In this document: piece after piece, positions 1-11,102 of the stretch
Layout of the letters: the number at the start of each line of letters is the position of its first letter
Numbering within the stretch: position 1 is the stretch's first letter
Source: Nitrosopumilus sp.
Lineage (GTDB): Archaea > Thermoproteota > Nitrososphaeria > Nitrososphaerales > Nitrosopumilaceae
Assembly (NCBI GenBank): GCA_965206745.1
Contig: OZ242220.1
Span: 992,001 to 1,056,000, forward strand
Length of the DNA: 64,000 nt
Direction of reading: 5' to 3'
The notes under the pieces: model-generated
Told to the model about the DNA's origin: nothing
The model's database searches: none
Seen by the model: only the letters and a program-made list of their open reading frames with translations
Translations under genes and position numbers: made by a program

Positions 1-1274
1 TTAATGTCAATTAAAAACAAGGATACTGGATCATCTATCTTTTCACCTAGTTTGAAGGGCAGAACAGGCACCGTTGGGGAGATTAAAAGATCAAATTTTC
101 CAAATGCCTCATCGACCTCCCTTGTCAGCTTGCTTTTTACTTTTAGTGCCTTTAGGAAATATCTTCCCGCATGGCCTGCCGATGGAACAAATCCGCCGAT
201 GATCATTCTTCGCGTCACTTCCGGTCCGAAATTCCGTCTGGCCTTTGAAATATACGAGTTAAACTCATAGCCCTCCAGCGGGAAATCATATCCGTATCGC
301 AGGTTGTCATATCTTGCAAGATTGCTGCCTGCCTCAGTTGCAGTAATGGTATAGTATGCGGCAACAGAGTATCTTACCATGTCAAGGGATATCTCCTCAC
401 ACGTTGCCCCCAAGCTCTCCAATTTTGCTATCGCACCTTTTGTTGCAGTCAAGACGGCAGAGTCAATCCCATCTCCGATCATCTCCCGGATTATGCCAAT
501 TTTCTTGCCCTCTATGCCTGACCCTATCTCTGAGAGATAGTCTTGATTTTTGTTATCAATTGTGGTGTTGTCATTTGAATCAATTCCGGAGATCAGATTC
601 AGCATGAATGCTGCATCCTTTACTGTCCTTGTAAGAGGGCCTATCTGCTCGATGCTGTTAGCATATGAGATTAACCCGTATCTGCTGATCAGTCCGTATG
701 TCGGTTTGTAGCCTACAGTAGAGCAAAAGCTGGCAGGGTTTCTTACAGAGCCACCTGTGTCAGAACCAAGGGATGCAACGCATTCAAAGGAGCTAACAGA
801 GACGGCACTGCCTCCAGACGAACCTCCTGGGACGCATTGTGTATTCCAGGGGTTCTTGCTTGGGCCGTATGCGCTAAACTCAGTTGAGATGCCCATGGCA
901 AACTCATCTAGGTTCACCTTGCCGACAAATATTGCGTCTTGCTGCTTTAGCTTTGAAATCACGGTTGCATCATAGGGGGCAGTAAAATTCTCAAGCATCT
1001 TTGATGCGCAGGTTGTCTTTGAATCTTTGATGCAAATGTTGTCCTTAATCGAGATGGGCATCCCAAAGCAGTCCCCGACTTTGTGGCCTGACTTTATCCT
1101 CTTGTCAATTTCCCTGGCCTGATCAACTGCCTTGTCATTTACAGACAGGAACGCATGCAGTTTATCATCGACATCTTGGATTCTTTGGATGGTCCTTGCA
1201 ACAAAATCCTCGGCAGATATGTTTCCAGCCTTTACTTCCTCAATAAAATCAAGGGCAGATATTCTCAGGTTCAT
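1..1274 (-). CDS. gatA: Asp-tRNA(Asn)/Glu-tRNA(Gln) amidotransferase subunit A (3' end outside window)
   Basis: Manual minus-strand translation from ATG at 1274: MNLRISALDFIEEVKAGNISAEDF..., with amidase signature motifs GKVNLDEFAMG, PGGSSGGS and SLGSDTGGSVRNPASF. ATGA overlap with gatC. Absent from the ORF track because it is open at the window edge. Confidence 0.95.
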   Translation of the reverse strand, partial: MNLRISALDFIEEVKAGNISAEDFVARTIQRIQDVDDKLHAFLSVNDKAVDQAREIDKRIKSGHKVGDCFGMPISIKDNICIKDSKTTCASKMLENFTAPYDATVISKLKQQDAIFVGKVNLDEFAMGISTEFSAYGPSKNPWNTQCVPGGSSGGSAVSVSSFECVASLGSDTGGSVRNPASFCSTVGYKPTYGLISRYGLISYANSIEQIGPLTRTVKDAAFMLNLISGIDSNDNTTIDNKNQDYLSEIGSGIEGKKIGIIREMIGDGIDSAVLTATKGAIAKLESLGATCEEISLDMVRYSVAAYYTITATEAGSNLARYDNLRYGYDFPLEGYEFNSYISKARRNFGPEVTRRMIIGGFVPSAGHAGRYFLKALKVKSKLTREVDEAFGKFDLLISPTVPVLPFKLGEKIDDPVSLFLIDI

Positions 1275-1543
1275 GACGACATCTTTGGTGCACGGACGTA
1301 TGTTCCCCTGTAATGGTTTAGCTTGTCTATTAGTTTGTCATCAAATGGAACGTGTTTGTCATCACGTAGATTCGAGATTGGAATTTCAGGCATTGAGATC
1401 TCTTCGGATTCGACTCCTGCAGAATCCAGAATATCAAAATAGCTAATCATGGTGTGCACCTTTTCAACATACTCCTTGTGATCATCTATGTCGATTCGCA
1501 TTAGTTTTGAAACATGTTTTATCTCTTCTTCAGTTACCAACAT
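1271..1543 (-). CDS. gatC: Amidotransferase subunit C
   Basis: MLVTEEEIKHVSKLMRI...LRDD...YVRAPKM, located between aspS and gatA. Start moved to the ATG at 1543. Confidence 0.9.
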   Translation of the reverse strand: MLVTEEEIKHVSKLMRIDIDDHKEYVEKVHTMISYFDILDSAGVESEEISMPEIPISNLRDDKHVPFDDKLIDKLNHYRGTYVRAPKMSS

Positions 1544-1549
1544 GCACAC

Positions 1550-2860
1550 CTACGGAGTCAGTCTATCCACGTCCCGCGGATAAAATGTGGTATCCCTGAT
1601 ATTTTCTGTCCCAGTCAAAACCATGATCAGCCGCTCCAGTCCTATTCCACAGCCTGCGTGGGGGGGAATGCCAAAATCAAATGCGCCCAGATGGTATTCA
1701 AACGTATCAGTCTTCATGCCTTTGTTCTTCATTCGCTCAGCTAACTCGTTGCGCTTTTCAATCCTGGTACTGCCCGATGACAGCTCCAAGTCACCATACA
1801 TCAAATCAAATGACTCTGAGACCTTGGGATTTGATTTGCTATCTTTTACGTAGAACGGTTTTGGCGCAAGCGGCCAGTCAGTAATGAAATAAAATCCGTC
1901 CAAGCCGATCTTCTTAAGGTTTGCAGGATACAGATCATCGCCCCATTCTGTTTTTGCACCTGCCTTTTGCATTCTATTGACTAGTTCATCATATGAATAT
2001 CTGGGAATGGCATCAGGCACCGGGATGCTTGGAAATTCAGATTCCGGATTATCCTTTGCATAATCACTGACAGTTTGAATGGATGTTTTTATGATCCCCT
2101 CAATCCTGTTCATTATATCATTGTAATCGACAAATGCCTCCTCCATATCTATTGAGATTGCCTCAGACAGATGGCGATTTGTTCTTGAAGGCTCTGCCCT
2201 AAAAATTGGCGCAATCTCAAAGACCTTTTCAAAACTCATCGTCAGTTGCTCTTTGTACAGCTGGGGACTCTGAGCTAGGAATGCCTCTTTGTTGTAGTAA
2301 AATATTGAAAACAGTGCAGCCCCGCCTTCCGTAGCTGTTGCAATTATTTTAGGGGTGTTAATCTCAACGAAATTCTGGCTTGCAAAGTATTCTCGAATTG
2401 ATTTTAGAACCAGGCTTCTAGTCTTAAAGATGTGCTGCAAGGCATCGCGTCTGAGGTCAATTGGCCTGACCTCCAACCGGGTATCGATGTTTTTTACAGT
2501 TTTTACAGTGGGCTCAAAGGGAGGAATTTTTTCAACATCTGAGAATACCCGAAGTTCTGTGGGGATTATCTCATAACCGCTAGGTGCCTTTTCAGATGCC
2601 TTGATTCTGCCTGTGATTGCAACTGAGGAATGTGCCTTTAGCGATGAAATCTTTTCACGGATATCGTCTGGACAGTCCCCCTTTTTTGCTACAATTGAGA
2701 GATTGCCGTTTTGATCACGAACGGTGGCAAAGCTGATGTTTCCATGCCCACGGACTGTCAAAATCCAGCCCATTACTGTGACCTCTGTGCCATCCATTGA
2801 GGCGTCAATTTCATCAGAGTAGTGAGTTCTGCGTAAAGTTCCCAGTTCTGTTTCTATCAT
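1550..2860 (-). CDS. aspS: Aspartate--tRNA(Asp/Asn) ligase, archaeal non-discriminating type
   Basis: OB-fold N-terminus; LAQSPQLYKE, FRAEPSRTNRHLSE and PPHAGCGIGLERL class II motifs; operon with gatCA. Confidence 0.95.
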   Translation of the reverse strand: MIETELGTLRRTHYSDEIDASMDGTEVTVMGWILTVRGHGNISFATVRDQNGNLSIVAKKGDCPDDIREKISSLKAHSSVAITGRIKASEKAPSGYEIIPTELRVFSDVEKIPPFEPTVKTVKNIDTRLEVRPIDLRRDALQHIFKTRSLVLKSIREYFASQNFVEINTPKIIATATEGGAALFSIFYYNKEAFLAQSPQLYKEQLTMSFEKVFEIAPIFRAEPSRTNRHLSEAISIDMEEAFVDYNDIMNRIEGIIKTSIQTVSDYAKDNPESEFPSIPVPDAIPRYSYDELVNRMQKAGAKTEWGDDLYPANLKKIGLDGFYFITDWPLAPKPFYVKDSKSNPKVSESFDLMYGDLELSSGSTRIEKRNELAERMKNKGMKTDTFEYHLGAFDFGIPPHAGCGIGLERLIMVLTGTENIRDTTFYPRDVDRLTP

Positions 2861-3112
2861 AATTTACTCTATTTCAGATGTAATCAATATACTAAGTTAT
2901 TGTATTTCCGCCCATGTCTGAATCCAAATGCGCCAAAAAAGACTATTTTTTACTTTGCTGCATGGCGCTATCCGTTCAGATCATGGTTTGTCTCCCGGCA
3001 TAGTCCAAACCGTGCTTGTATCCTCTCTAGTCACCCCCTGCTTGCTAATCCTTGTTCCCGTATTGACAATTGTGATGGTGAATGTCCTATGAGGTGAGAA
3101 TCACGGGTTTTA

Positions 3113-6100
3113 TTATTCCTGTATGGTCACCTTCTGCCTAGCAGTTACAGAATTTCCAGAATCATCAGTTGCCACATATGTCACTATTGTCAGACCTAGT
3201 GGGAATGATTCTGGGGCATTATGAGTAATTGTAACATCAGGGTCTGCGATGTCAGTTGCAGTTGCGATACCAAGATTCACATCAGTTAACTGACCTGTAG
3301 CTTCTGCGACAATATTATCTGGAATCATAATGGTTGGGTCAATCGTATCCTCTATAGTAATTAACTGGGTGGCAATGACCATATTACCAGAATTATCCAT
3401 GGCAGTCCAAGTTACAATGGTATTGCCAACGGAGAACAAGTCAGGGGCATCATTGGTTGCAGTTATCGAATCAATATTGTCTAAAGCTATGAAACTACCA
3501 AGATCCACCACAGTCAGGGGGCCTGTTGCCTCAACGATGACATGTGTTCGTATATACAACACAGGATCAGTTGTATCTTGAACCAGTACATTTTGTGTGG
3601 CAGTCGCAAAGTTTCCTGAATCATCAGTTGCAGTCCATGTTATTGTGGTGGTGCCAATTGGGAACAAGTTTGGGGCATCATTGGTAATTGCAACGTTGGA
3701 ATCCACTGTATCAGTTGCAGTCGGAGTATCAAGTTGAATCATGGAAAGCAGTCCGACTGCCTCAAGGATGAGATCTTCTGGTGCCACAATTACTGGTTTT
3801 ATCGTGTCCTGTATGGTCACCTTCTGCATGGCAGTTACAGAGTTGCCCGAATCATCAGTTGCCACATATGTCACTACTGTCAGGCCTAGTGGGAATGATT
3901 CAGGGGCATCATTGGTAATTGCAACATCAGAGTCCACTACATCAGTTGCAGTTATGACCCCAAGATTCACATCAGTTAACTGACCCGTGGCTTCGATAAC
4001 GATACTGTTTGGAGATGTGATTGTCGGATTGGTAGTATCCCTCACGATAACTGTCTGGGTGGCATTGACCACATTACCAGAATAATCTCTGGCAGTCCAT
4101 GTTACTGTCGTATTTCCCAGTGGAAATGAGGCAGGGGCATCATTGGTTGCATTGATAAAGATTGTATTGTCCGTAACTGTTGCAGTTCCAATATCCACCA
4201 CAGTCAGGGGACCTGTTGCCTCAGCGATGATATAGGATTGTAAAATCAACACGGGATCAGTTGTATCTTGAACCAGTACATTTTGTGTGGCAGTCGCAAA
4301 GTTGCCCGAATCATCAGTTGCAGTCCATGTTATTGTGGTGGTGCCAATTGGGAATGAGTTTGGGGCATCATTGGTAATTGCAACGTTGGAATCCACTGTA
4401 TCAGTTGCAGTCGGAGTATCAAGTTGAATCATGGAAAGCAGTCCGACTGCCTCAAGGATGAGATCCTCTGGGGGGATAATGGTTGGAGCAACGGTATCTT
4501 GTACTGTTACCCTTTGGATGCCAACTACGAAATTCTTTGAATCATCAATTGCAAGATATACCACGATGCTCAGACCTACTGGGAAAGAGTCAGGTGAATC
4601 ATTGGTAATCATGACGCTTGGATCTGCAAGGTCAGTTGCAGCTGCAGTACCAAGATTTACACCAGTCAGTTGACCGGTGGCTTCGACGACGACATCATCG
4701 GGAATCAAAAGGGATGGATCGGTCGTATCCCTGACGGTAATTGTCTGCGTGGCGGTTACAGTGTTTTGTGAGGCATCCCTTGCAGTCCAGGTTACAAGAG
4801 TATTGCCAACGGGAAACGAGTCAGGGGCATCATTGGTAATTGCAACATTGGAATCTACAATGTCAGTTGCAGCTGCAGTACCAAGATTCACACCAGTCAG
4901 TTGACCGGTGGCTTCTACAAGTATGTTATCTGGAACGTCAATTGTGGGATTGGTCATGTCTCCCACTATAACTATCTGAACGGCAGTAATCACATTACCA
5001 GAATAATCTCTGGCAGTCCATGTTACTGTCGTATTTCCCAGTGGAAATGAGGCAGGGGCATCATTGGTTGCATTGATAAAGATTGTATTGTCCGTAACTG
5101 TTGCAGTTCCAATATCCACCACAGTCAGGGGACCTGTTGCCTCAGCGATGATATAGGATTGTAAAATCAACACGGGATCAGTTGTATCTTGAACCAGTAC
5201 ATTTTGTGTGGCAGTCGCAAAGTTGCCCGAATCATCAGTTGCAGTCCATGTTATTGTGGTGGTGCCAATTGGAAATGAGTTTGGGGCATCATTGGTAATT
5301 GCAACGTTGGAATCCACTGTATCAGTTGCAGTCGGAGTATCAAGTTGAATCATGGAAAGCAGTCCGACTGCCTCAAGGATGAGATCTTCTGGTGCCACAA
5401 TTACTGGTTTTGTCGTGTCTTGCACGGTTATCCTTTGTGTGGCAGTCGCAGAGTTGCCCGAATCATCAGTTGCCACATATGTCACTACTGTCAGGCCTAG
5501 TGGGAATGATTCAGGGGCATCATTGGTAATTGCAACATCAGAGTCCACTGTATCAGTTGCAGTGACACTGCCAATATCCAATCCTGTCATACTGCTCAGG
5601 GCTTCTGCGATGATATCATCTGGAATCACAATGGTTGGAACCACAGTATCCCTGACAGTGACTGTCTGTATGCCTGTCAGGATGTGCTCAGAACTGTCAG
5701 TGGCAGTCCAGGTTACAGTCGTGATGCCGATAGGAAATGCATCAGGGGCGTTGTTGGTTGCAGTTATGGAACCGGCACTGTCTGTAGCTGTTGCAGTTCC
5801 AATATCCACCACAGTCAGGGGGCCGGTTGCCTCTGCCACAACATCAGAAGGCAGAATCAGCACAGAAACAGATGAATCCTTTACGGTCACCGTCTGTATC
5901 GCAGTTGCAGAATTACCCGAATCATCAGTTGCAGTCCATGTTATTGTGGTGGTGCCAATTGGGAATGAGTTTGGGGCGTTGTTGGTAATTGTAAGGGCAT
6001 CATCTACAATATCAGTGGCAGTAGCAGTGCCAAGGTTAATCATGGAAAGCATGCCGGCACTGACAAAGGTGATATCCTTGGGGGCAATGATGACAGGCTT

Positions 6101-8104
6101 TGTCGTGTCACGTACTGACACTATCTGTGCATCTACTACAAAATTATCCGAGTCATCAGTTGCAATATATATCACCGCAGTCAGACCGAGTGGGAATGAA
6201 TCAGGGGCGTTATGAGTGATTGTGACATCAGCATCTGCAACATCAGTTGCACTGGCACTGCCGAGATTCACATCAGTTAACTGACCTGTAGCTTCTGCGA
6301 TGATATCATCTGGAATCACAATGGTTGGAACCACAGTATCCCTGACAGTGACTGTCTGGGTACCAATTACAGTCCTTGCCGCATCACCAGTTGCAGTCCA
6401 GGTTATGGTTGTAGTGCCAACGGGAAACGAGTCAGGTGCATCATTGGTGATAGATGGCAAATCAACATCATCTGAGACAGTCGCAGTGCCAAGTTCCACC
6501 ACAGTCAGGGGACCGGTTGCCTCAACTATAACATCAGGTGGCAACAACAGCATAGGATCTGGATAAGCAACTGTAACGGTCCCTACTGTCACCTGTCTGT
6601 TTAAGGATGCATCAATGGCAGTACAGGTGATGATGTGGGTACCAATGTCCAATGGCGAACCATTGCCTATAGACACGCCACTTCCCACAAGTCCGCCATA
6701 TAGCCTTTCACATGTGAGAAGTGGCAATCCGTTTGGATCGTTGTCAGTTACATAAACAAAATCAGCTCTCGTTCCCAAAGGACTTTCAGGTACAAGTTCG
6801 GTGTTAAATGTAATGACAGGAAATGTCTCATCAACGACATTCACAGAAAATCTTTCACGTGTAGTGGTGTCGCTGTCCCGATGCCTGACTTGGGCATCCA
6901 CATCAAAGGACTGGCCAATCATCGAATCATTAGGAAACCATCTAATAACACCTTTCTTTGTAAGCGTTATTCCGGAATCCTCTACGACCTGACCTAGTCT
7001 GGTGACATTGAGAATATTCCAATCATACAAATTCTCCACAGAGATGGTATCAACTATGCGGTGTTGCTGGAATGAGTCTGTTGGGAAATCAAAATCCAGT
7101 GGCCCATCAGGCAGATATTTGAACTCGACAGGACTTGTTTCAAAGCCATATATCAGGGATGTATATGCACCATGAACATCAGTGAGCACCATCTCCATAA
7201 AAGTCCCGACTCCGACTGAATCAGAACGTGGAATCCACATGAATGATCCATCATCAACACCACCAGTAACCACACCCTTTATGGGACGTGCCATACTCCA
7301 TGTTACATCATCGCCGTCAGGATCCGAACCGGTAAAATTAAATAATACGCGTTGGTTGACGTGGACTGAACCAATTATCGGAGGAAAGTGAGGATTGATT
7401 ATTGGCTCCCGGTTCCGGTTGTCTAGGGTTATAATGGCATGCTGGGGGTCGGATTCTCCCGTGCCATCATTGTATGACCAGCTAAACGTGAGTGTCAGTG
7501 GATCCTGTAAACCGATTATGGCATCATACGGAAATGTCTTTGAAAAGTCACCGGTGTTTGGATCAAGGGAGTCAATGATGTCACGCGATATGTCAGCAGT
7601 TATGATTCGATATTTTGGAACCGTCGAGGTGTGGTTAGTCACTGGGTCCGTCACAACAGTTGAGAGGCTCGGTATGGTTTGGTCCTCCTCAATGTTCACA
7701 TTGTATTTTTTGATTTCCACCAGATTGTGCATGAAAATACCACTTACAAACAGTTCAAAGTCTCTTGCAGCCAGACCATCCTGATGATTTTGTATGATCA
7801 CAATGACGGCACATGTCTTGTTTGTATCCTCTGCAGTTGGAGTCCATGTGAACAGTCCTGTACCATCAATGTCCTCCTCCACTATGGAGCAGTTATCACT
7901 TGATACACTCCAGATGTTATTCCCGCTATCATTCCCGCCGGCAGTAAACTGGAACGAGAACTCTTCCAAGGGCAAATGTGTCCGATCTGAGATTGAAAAG
8001 TCAGATGGGAACAGGATAGATTCATCATGATGATCTCCGGCAAACACGGGAGTCAGGGAAACGGACAGGACAAGGCACACAATGGTGATTAGGAAAATAT
8101 TCAT
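3113..8104 (-). CDS. Giant secreted surface protein with cadherin-like domains and ~15 HYR-like (76-77 aa) repeats; C-terminally truncated
   Basis: Signal peptide; NREPII...DPDGD motif; tandem DTTxPxI..EATG..G.ATATD..ITNDAP.SFP.G.T.VTWTATD.SGN repeats; ends abruptly at a repeat junction. Confidence 0.85.
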   Translation of the reverse strand: MNIFLITIVCLVLSVSLTPVFAGDHHDESILFPSDFSISDRTHLPLEEFSFQFTAGGNDSGNNIWSVSSDNCSIVEEDIDGTGLFTWTPTAEDTNKTCAVIVIIQNHQDGLAARDFELFVSGIFMHNLVEIKKYNVNIEEDQTIPSLSTVVTDPVTNHTSTVPKYRIITADISRDIIDSLDPNTGDFSKTFPYDAIIGLQDPLTLTFSWSYNDGTGESDPQHAIITLDNRNREPIINPHFPPIIGSVHVNQRVLFNFTGSDPDGDDVTWSMARPIKGVVTGGVDDGSFMWIPRSDSVGVGTFMEMVLTDVHGAYTSLIYGFETSPVEFKYLPDGPLDFDFPTDSFQQHRIVDTISVENLYDWNILNVTRLGQVVEDSGITLTKKGVIRWFPNDSMIGQSFDVDAQVRHRDSDTTTRERFSVNVVDETFPVITFNTELVPESPLGTRADFVYVTDNDPNGLPLLTCERLYGGLVGSGVSIGNGSPLDIGTHIITCTAIDASLNRQVTVGTVTVAYPDPMLLLPPDVIVEATGPLTVVELGTATVSDDVDLPSITNDAPDSFPVGTTTITWTATGDAARTVIGTQTVTVRDTVVPTIVIPDDIIAEATGQLTDVNLGSASATDVADADVTITHNAPDSFPLGLTAVIYIATDDSDNFVVDAQIVSVRDTTKPVIIAPKDITFVSAGMLSMINLGTATATDIVDDALTITNNAPNSFPIGTTTITWTATDDSGNSATAIQTVTVKDSSVSVLILPSDVVAEATGPLTVVDIGTATATDSAGSITATNNAPDAFPIGITTVTWTATDSSEHILTGIQTVTVRDTVVPTIVIPDDIIAEALSSMTGLDIGSVTATDTVDSDVAITNDAPESFPLGLTVVTYVATDDSGNSATATQRITVQDTTKPVIVAPEDLILEAVGLLSMIQLDTPTATDTVDSNVAITNDAPNSFPIGTTTITWTATDDSGNFATATQNVLVQDTTDPVLILQSYIIAEATGPLTVVDIGTATVTDNTIFINATNDAPASFPLGNTTVTWTARDYSGNVITAVQIVIVGDMTNPTIDVPDNILVEATGQLTGVNLGTAAATDIVDSNVAITNDAPDSFPVGNTLVTWTARDASQNTVTATQTITVRDTTDPSLLIPDDVVVEATGQLTGVNLGTAAATDLADPSVMITNDSPDSFPVGLSIVVYLAIDDSKNFVVGIQRVTVQDTVAPTIIPPEDLILEAVGLLSMIQLDTPTATDTVDSNVAITNDAPNSFPIGTTTITWTATDDSGNFATATQNVLVQDTTDPVLILQSYIIAEATGPLTVVDIGTATVTDNTIFINATNDAPASFPLGNTTVTWTARDYSGNVVNATQTVIVRDTTNPTITSPNSIVIEATGQLTDVNLGVITATDVVDSDVAITNDAPESFPLGLTVVTYVATDDSGNSVTAMQKVTIQDTIKPVIVAPEDLILEAVGLLSMIQLDTPTATDTVDSNVAITNDAPNLFPIGTTTITWTATDDSGNFATATQNVLVQDTTDPVLYIRTHVIVEATGPLTVVDLGSFIALDNIDSITATNDAPDLFSVGNTIVTWTAMDNSGNMVIATQLITIEDTIDPTIMIPDNIVAEATGQLTDVNLGIATATDIADPDVTITHNAPESFPLGLTIVTYVATDDSGNSVTARQKVTIQE

Positions 8105-8505
8105 ACGATATTGAGTAACCAGACATAATAAAAAATAGTGGTTTTTTACACCATAAGATCAGAATTAATCAGGCATGATATCTGCCAATTTCACAGCGCC
8201 TGGCAGAACTAAAGTTCCGATTGTGATGCAATCATGCAAAAAATTGAATATGTGCCTTGATCCTTTGAGAAATCTTATTGGCCCCTGATTTGTAGCATGA
8301 CCTGTCTGGGTCATCTTTGGATCTCCAGTCTGACAAAATTAATGAAGGGAGATCCTCCAAGACAGTAAGATTGAGAACCACCCCAAAACATCTAGTTAGG
8401 CATTACAGAACAAGATCAGACAAAATACAGAAATGCTTTCTGATTTTGCAAACTCTGGGAATCAGGATTTATAGAGTCATCTGCCATACTTTCAGATTCG
8501 GCAGG

Positions 8506-10484
8506 CTATGGTGGATTAACTGTAACGTAAAAGTGGCCTACTACAAAGTTATCGTTTATATCAATTGCACCACATGTGACTGGCGTACGACCTGAAAAGA
8601 ATGCATAATAGAACGGATAATCGCACAATACGGTTACTGGAAAAATTTCTGTGACAGTAGGATTTTCAAAATTCACAACAAAGCGATTTGCAGATGTTAC
8701 AACCACATCATCTGGAAAGGTGTCAAAGACTGGCTTTGTCGTATCCTCAACTGTAACACTTTGGGTATCACTGGCAATATTTTCAGAACGGGCACTAGCA
8801 GTCCAAGTCACAACAGTATTGCCTAGTGGGAATGAGTCAGGTGCATTGTTAGTTATGGTGACAGAATCAGCACCGCCTGTAACGATGGCATTTCCTATAT
8901 CTACCACAGTTAGCACGTCAGTAGCTTCTACTATAATATCAGACGGCAAGATCAGATTTAGATGCGCGGCACCAAAACAGTCCCAGTCAGCACGGTTTTA
9001 TTTGATGCCCGATCAGTGGCAGTACAGGTAATTGTATTAGAGCCAAACAGCAGCAGGTCACCGTTTGTTATGGAAGAACCATCTTCTCTGATACATACAA
9101 CAGCAGGCTCTGCATTTGGGTTGTTATCTGTTACTTGAACAAAGTCAGCTCTAGTTCCCGTGGAACTATCTGATGCCAGCGGAGTAATAAACGAAATTAC
9201 CGGTTTTGCATTATCAAAAACGTGTACATTCAAAGGCGCCAGTACCGCCCTGTAATATATGCTTTCTGACGCCTTGACATTTACTATAAATGATTCACCG
9301 ATTAGGGCATGTGGGGGGTTCCAAGTCAGGTAACCTCTATTTGAAATTGTTATGCCGGGATTTTCAATCACGTCATTGGACTGCAAGACACTGAGAATCT
9401 CCCAATCTAAATTGTTTGGATTAGTAGATGGAGATAGAGGGTGTGCGGTGGATTGGCCAGATGGGAGACTAACGGGTGTAATATGAAGTTGGAGCCACGG
9501 GATGTCAACATCTGTTATATGAAATACGCGAACTAGGGGTTGGGATTGTGCTCCATTAATGTCAGTTAGTAAAAATTCAAACGGGATGCTGGTATCGATA
9601 TGGTCACGTGTTGGAGAAAAGAAGAATATCCCAGTGTCCACATCAATCTCTGCACCATCAACTGGAGATGCTATGCTCCAGAGTACGACATCCCCATCAG
9701 GATCCGAACCTGTCAAACCAAGTGTTGCAGATTGAATTATAGAAAGTCTTATGGCAGGCGCATTAAAATGAATTGGATCTATTACAGGAGCTCTGTTCTC
9801 GGGATTTACAGTTATTATAGCATCCTGGGGCTCTGACTCTTCAACATCATCATCATATGTCCAAGTAAACGTAAAGGTTGAAGAATTTTGTGAGCCAGTC
9901 ACCGTATCAGATGGGAAAGAGGCTGAGAATTCACCCGTGCTTGCATCCAGGGAATCCATCACACTCTGAGGCAGATTGCCAGATGTGATGCGGTATGTGG
10001 GTGTAATTGCAGATTGACTATCAGCAGGGTTTGTCACTACGGTAGAAAGACTTGGAATCTCTTGATTCTCTTTTACATCTACATTGTATTCTGTAATGAC
10101 TGCCACATCATTCATGGGGGCGGCATTTACAACCAGAGCAAAGGTTCTTGCTGATAAATTAGTTTGATCAGCTAGTAGAATTATATTAATCGTACATGTT
10201 TTGTCCATATCCACACTGGTCGGCACCCATGTAAACAGTCCAGTACCATCAATGGCATCTGAACCCAATGCACAGTTCGGACTTATGGCAGCCCAAATAT
10301 TGTCAAGAGGATCGCCGATGTCAGTGGTAAATTGAAATGAAAATTCTTCAGATACAGAGCCAATTCTGTCTGATTCTGTAAATTGGGGCGGATATATTAT
10401 ATGAAAAGGACCTTGGGCAAAAGCAGGAATTGTGACAATGGAGAAGACGAGGCCGATTGCAACTAACAGGGTTACATTTGCCAC
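8506..10484 (-). pseudogene. Frameshifted paralog of the cadherin/HYR-like surface protein (ORFs 8958-10484 and 8506-8949)
   Basis: The N-part ends TGTVLVPRI*. The paralog-matching LILPSDIIVEAT continues in another frame 14 nt after the Val codon, where the paralogs have 18 nt. Confidence 0.75.
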
Positions 10485-10652
10485 TATTGTCTCTTAAATC
10501 ATGGATATATAACATATGCGTGTGAGATCACATACTAAATTAGTGTACTGTGCAAATAGCACATCATCCCAAATGCGCAAAAAATCTAATCAAGAAAGCA
10601 TCTAAAAGCATCATAATGCTTATAGCCGGTTAAAATTTCACAAAAAAACAAG

Positions 10653-10853
10653 TTGAAGGCACTGATGTTTCTAGTAATTGCAATCTTTGTCATTGTCGGC
10701 GTATATGTAGGATATCATGCGTCTCAGGATGCAGAAGAAAAGGCAAAGGAACACAATGTAACTGTTGAATTAGAAATATTGCAGAGTACAGGGTTGGCAC
10801 AAATTTATCAGGATTGGAGAGACACCCCTTTGTCAAAGCAGGATTTGTACTAA
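10653..10853 (+). CDS. Small membrane-anchored hypothetical protein
   Basis: N-terminal hydrophobic helix; in line with the next two genes. Confidence 0.55.
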   Translation: MKALMFLVIAIFVIVGVYVGYHASQDAEEKAKEHNVTVELEILQSTGLAQIYQDWRDTPLSKQDLY

Positions 10854-10868
10854 GATGTTGTTTGTAAA

Positions 10869-11078
10869 ATGACACTCTCAGATAAAGAAAAGATCATAGC
10901 AGTAATTTCCAATGGAATTGCAGTGTTCTCGCTGCTACAAGAACGAGACGAGCTGCCAAAAAATACTACAATGTATGATTTTGTACTGGGGATAATCCCC
11001 AAGGATATTAGGTCAGAACTCAGCGTGGAGCTAATAGATGAGGTATTTGAGTATGTCACATCCGCACATAGTTCATAA
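10869..11078 (+). CDS. Hypothetical protein
   Basis: Compact 69-aa ORF directly upstream of purP. Confidence 0.7.
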   Translation: MTLSDKEKIIAVISNGIAVFSLLQERDELPKNTTMYDFVLGIIPKDIRSELSVELIDEVFEYVTSAHSS

Positions 11079-11102
11079 AGTACATGGCAACTAGACATCA
11101 TA

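Noticed and set aside
3330-8030. Plus-strand ORFs over the repeat protein (likewise 45852-53580 and over the S-layer genes)
   Set aside because: Antisense shadows of stop-poor repetitive coding sequence.
8500-8510. Programmed TAG readthrough (pyrrolysine)
   Set aside because: The downstream frame closes after about 30 codons, the gene has a separate frameshift and no pyl genes are visible.
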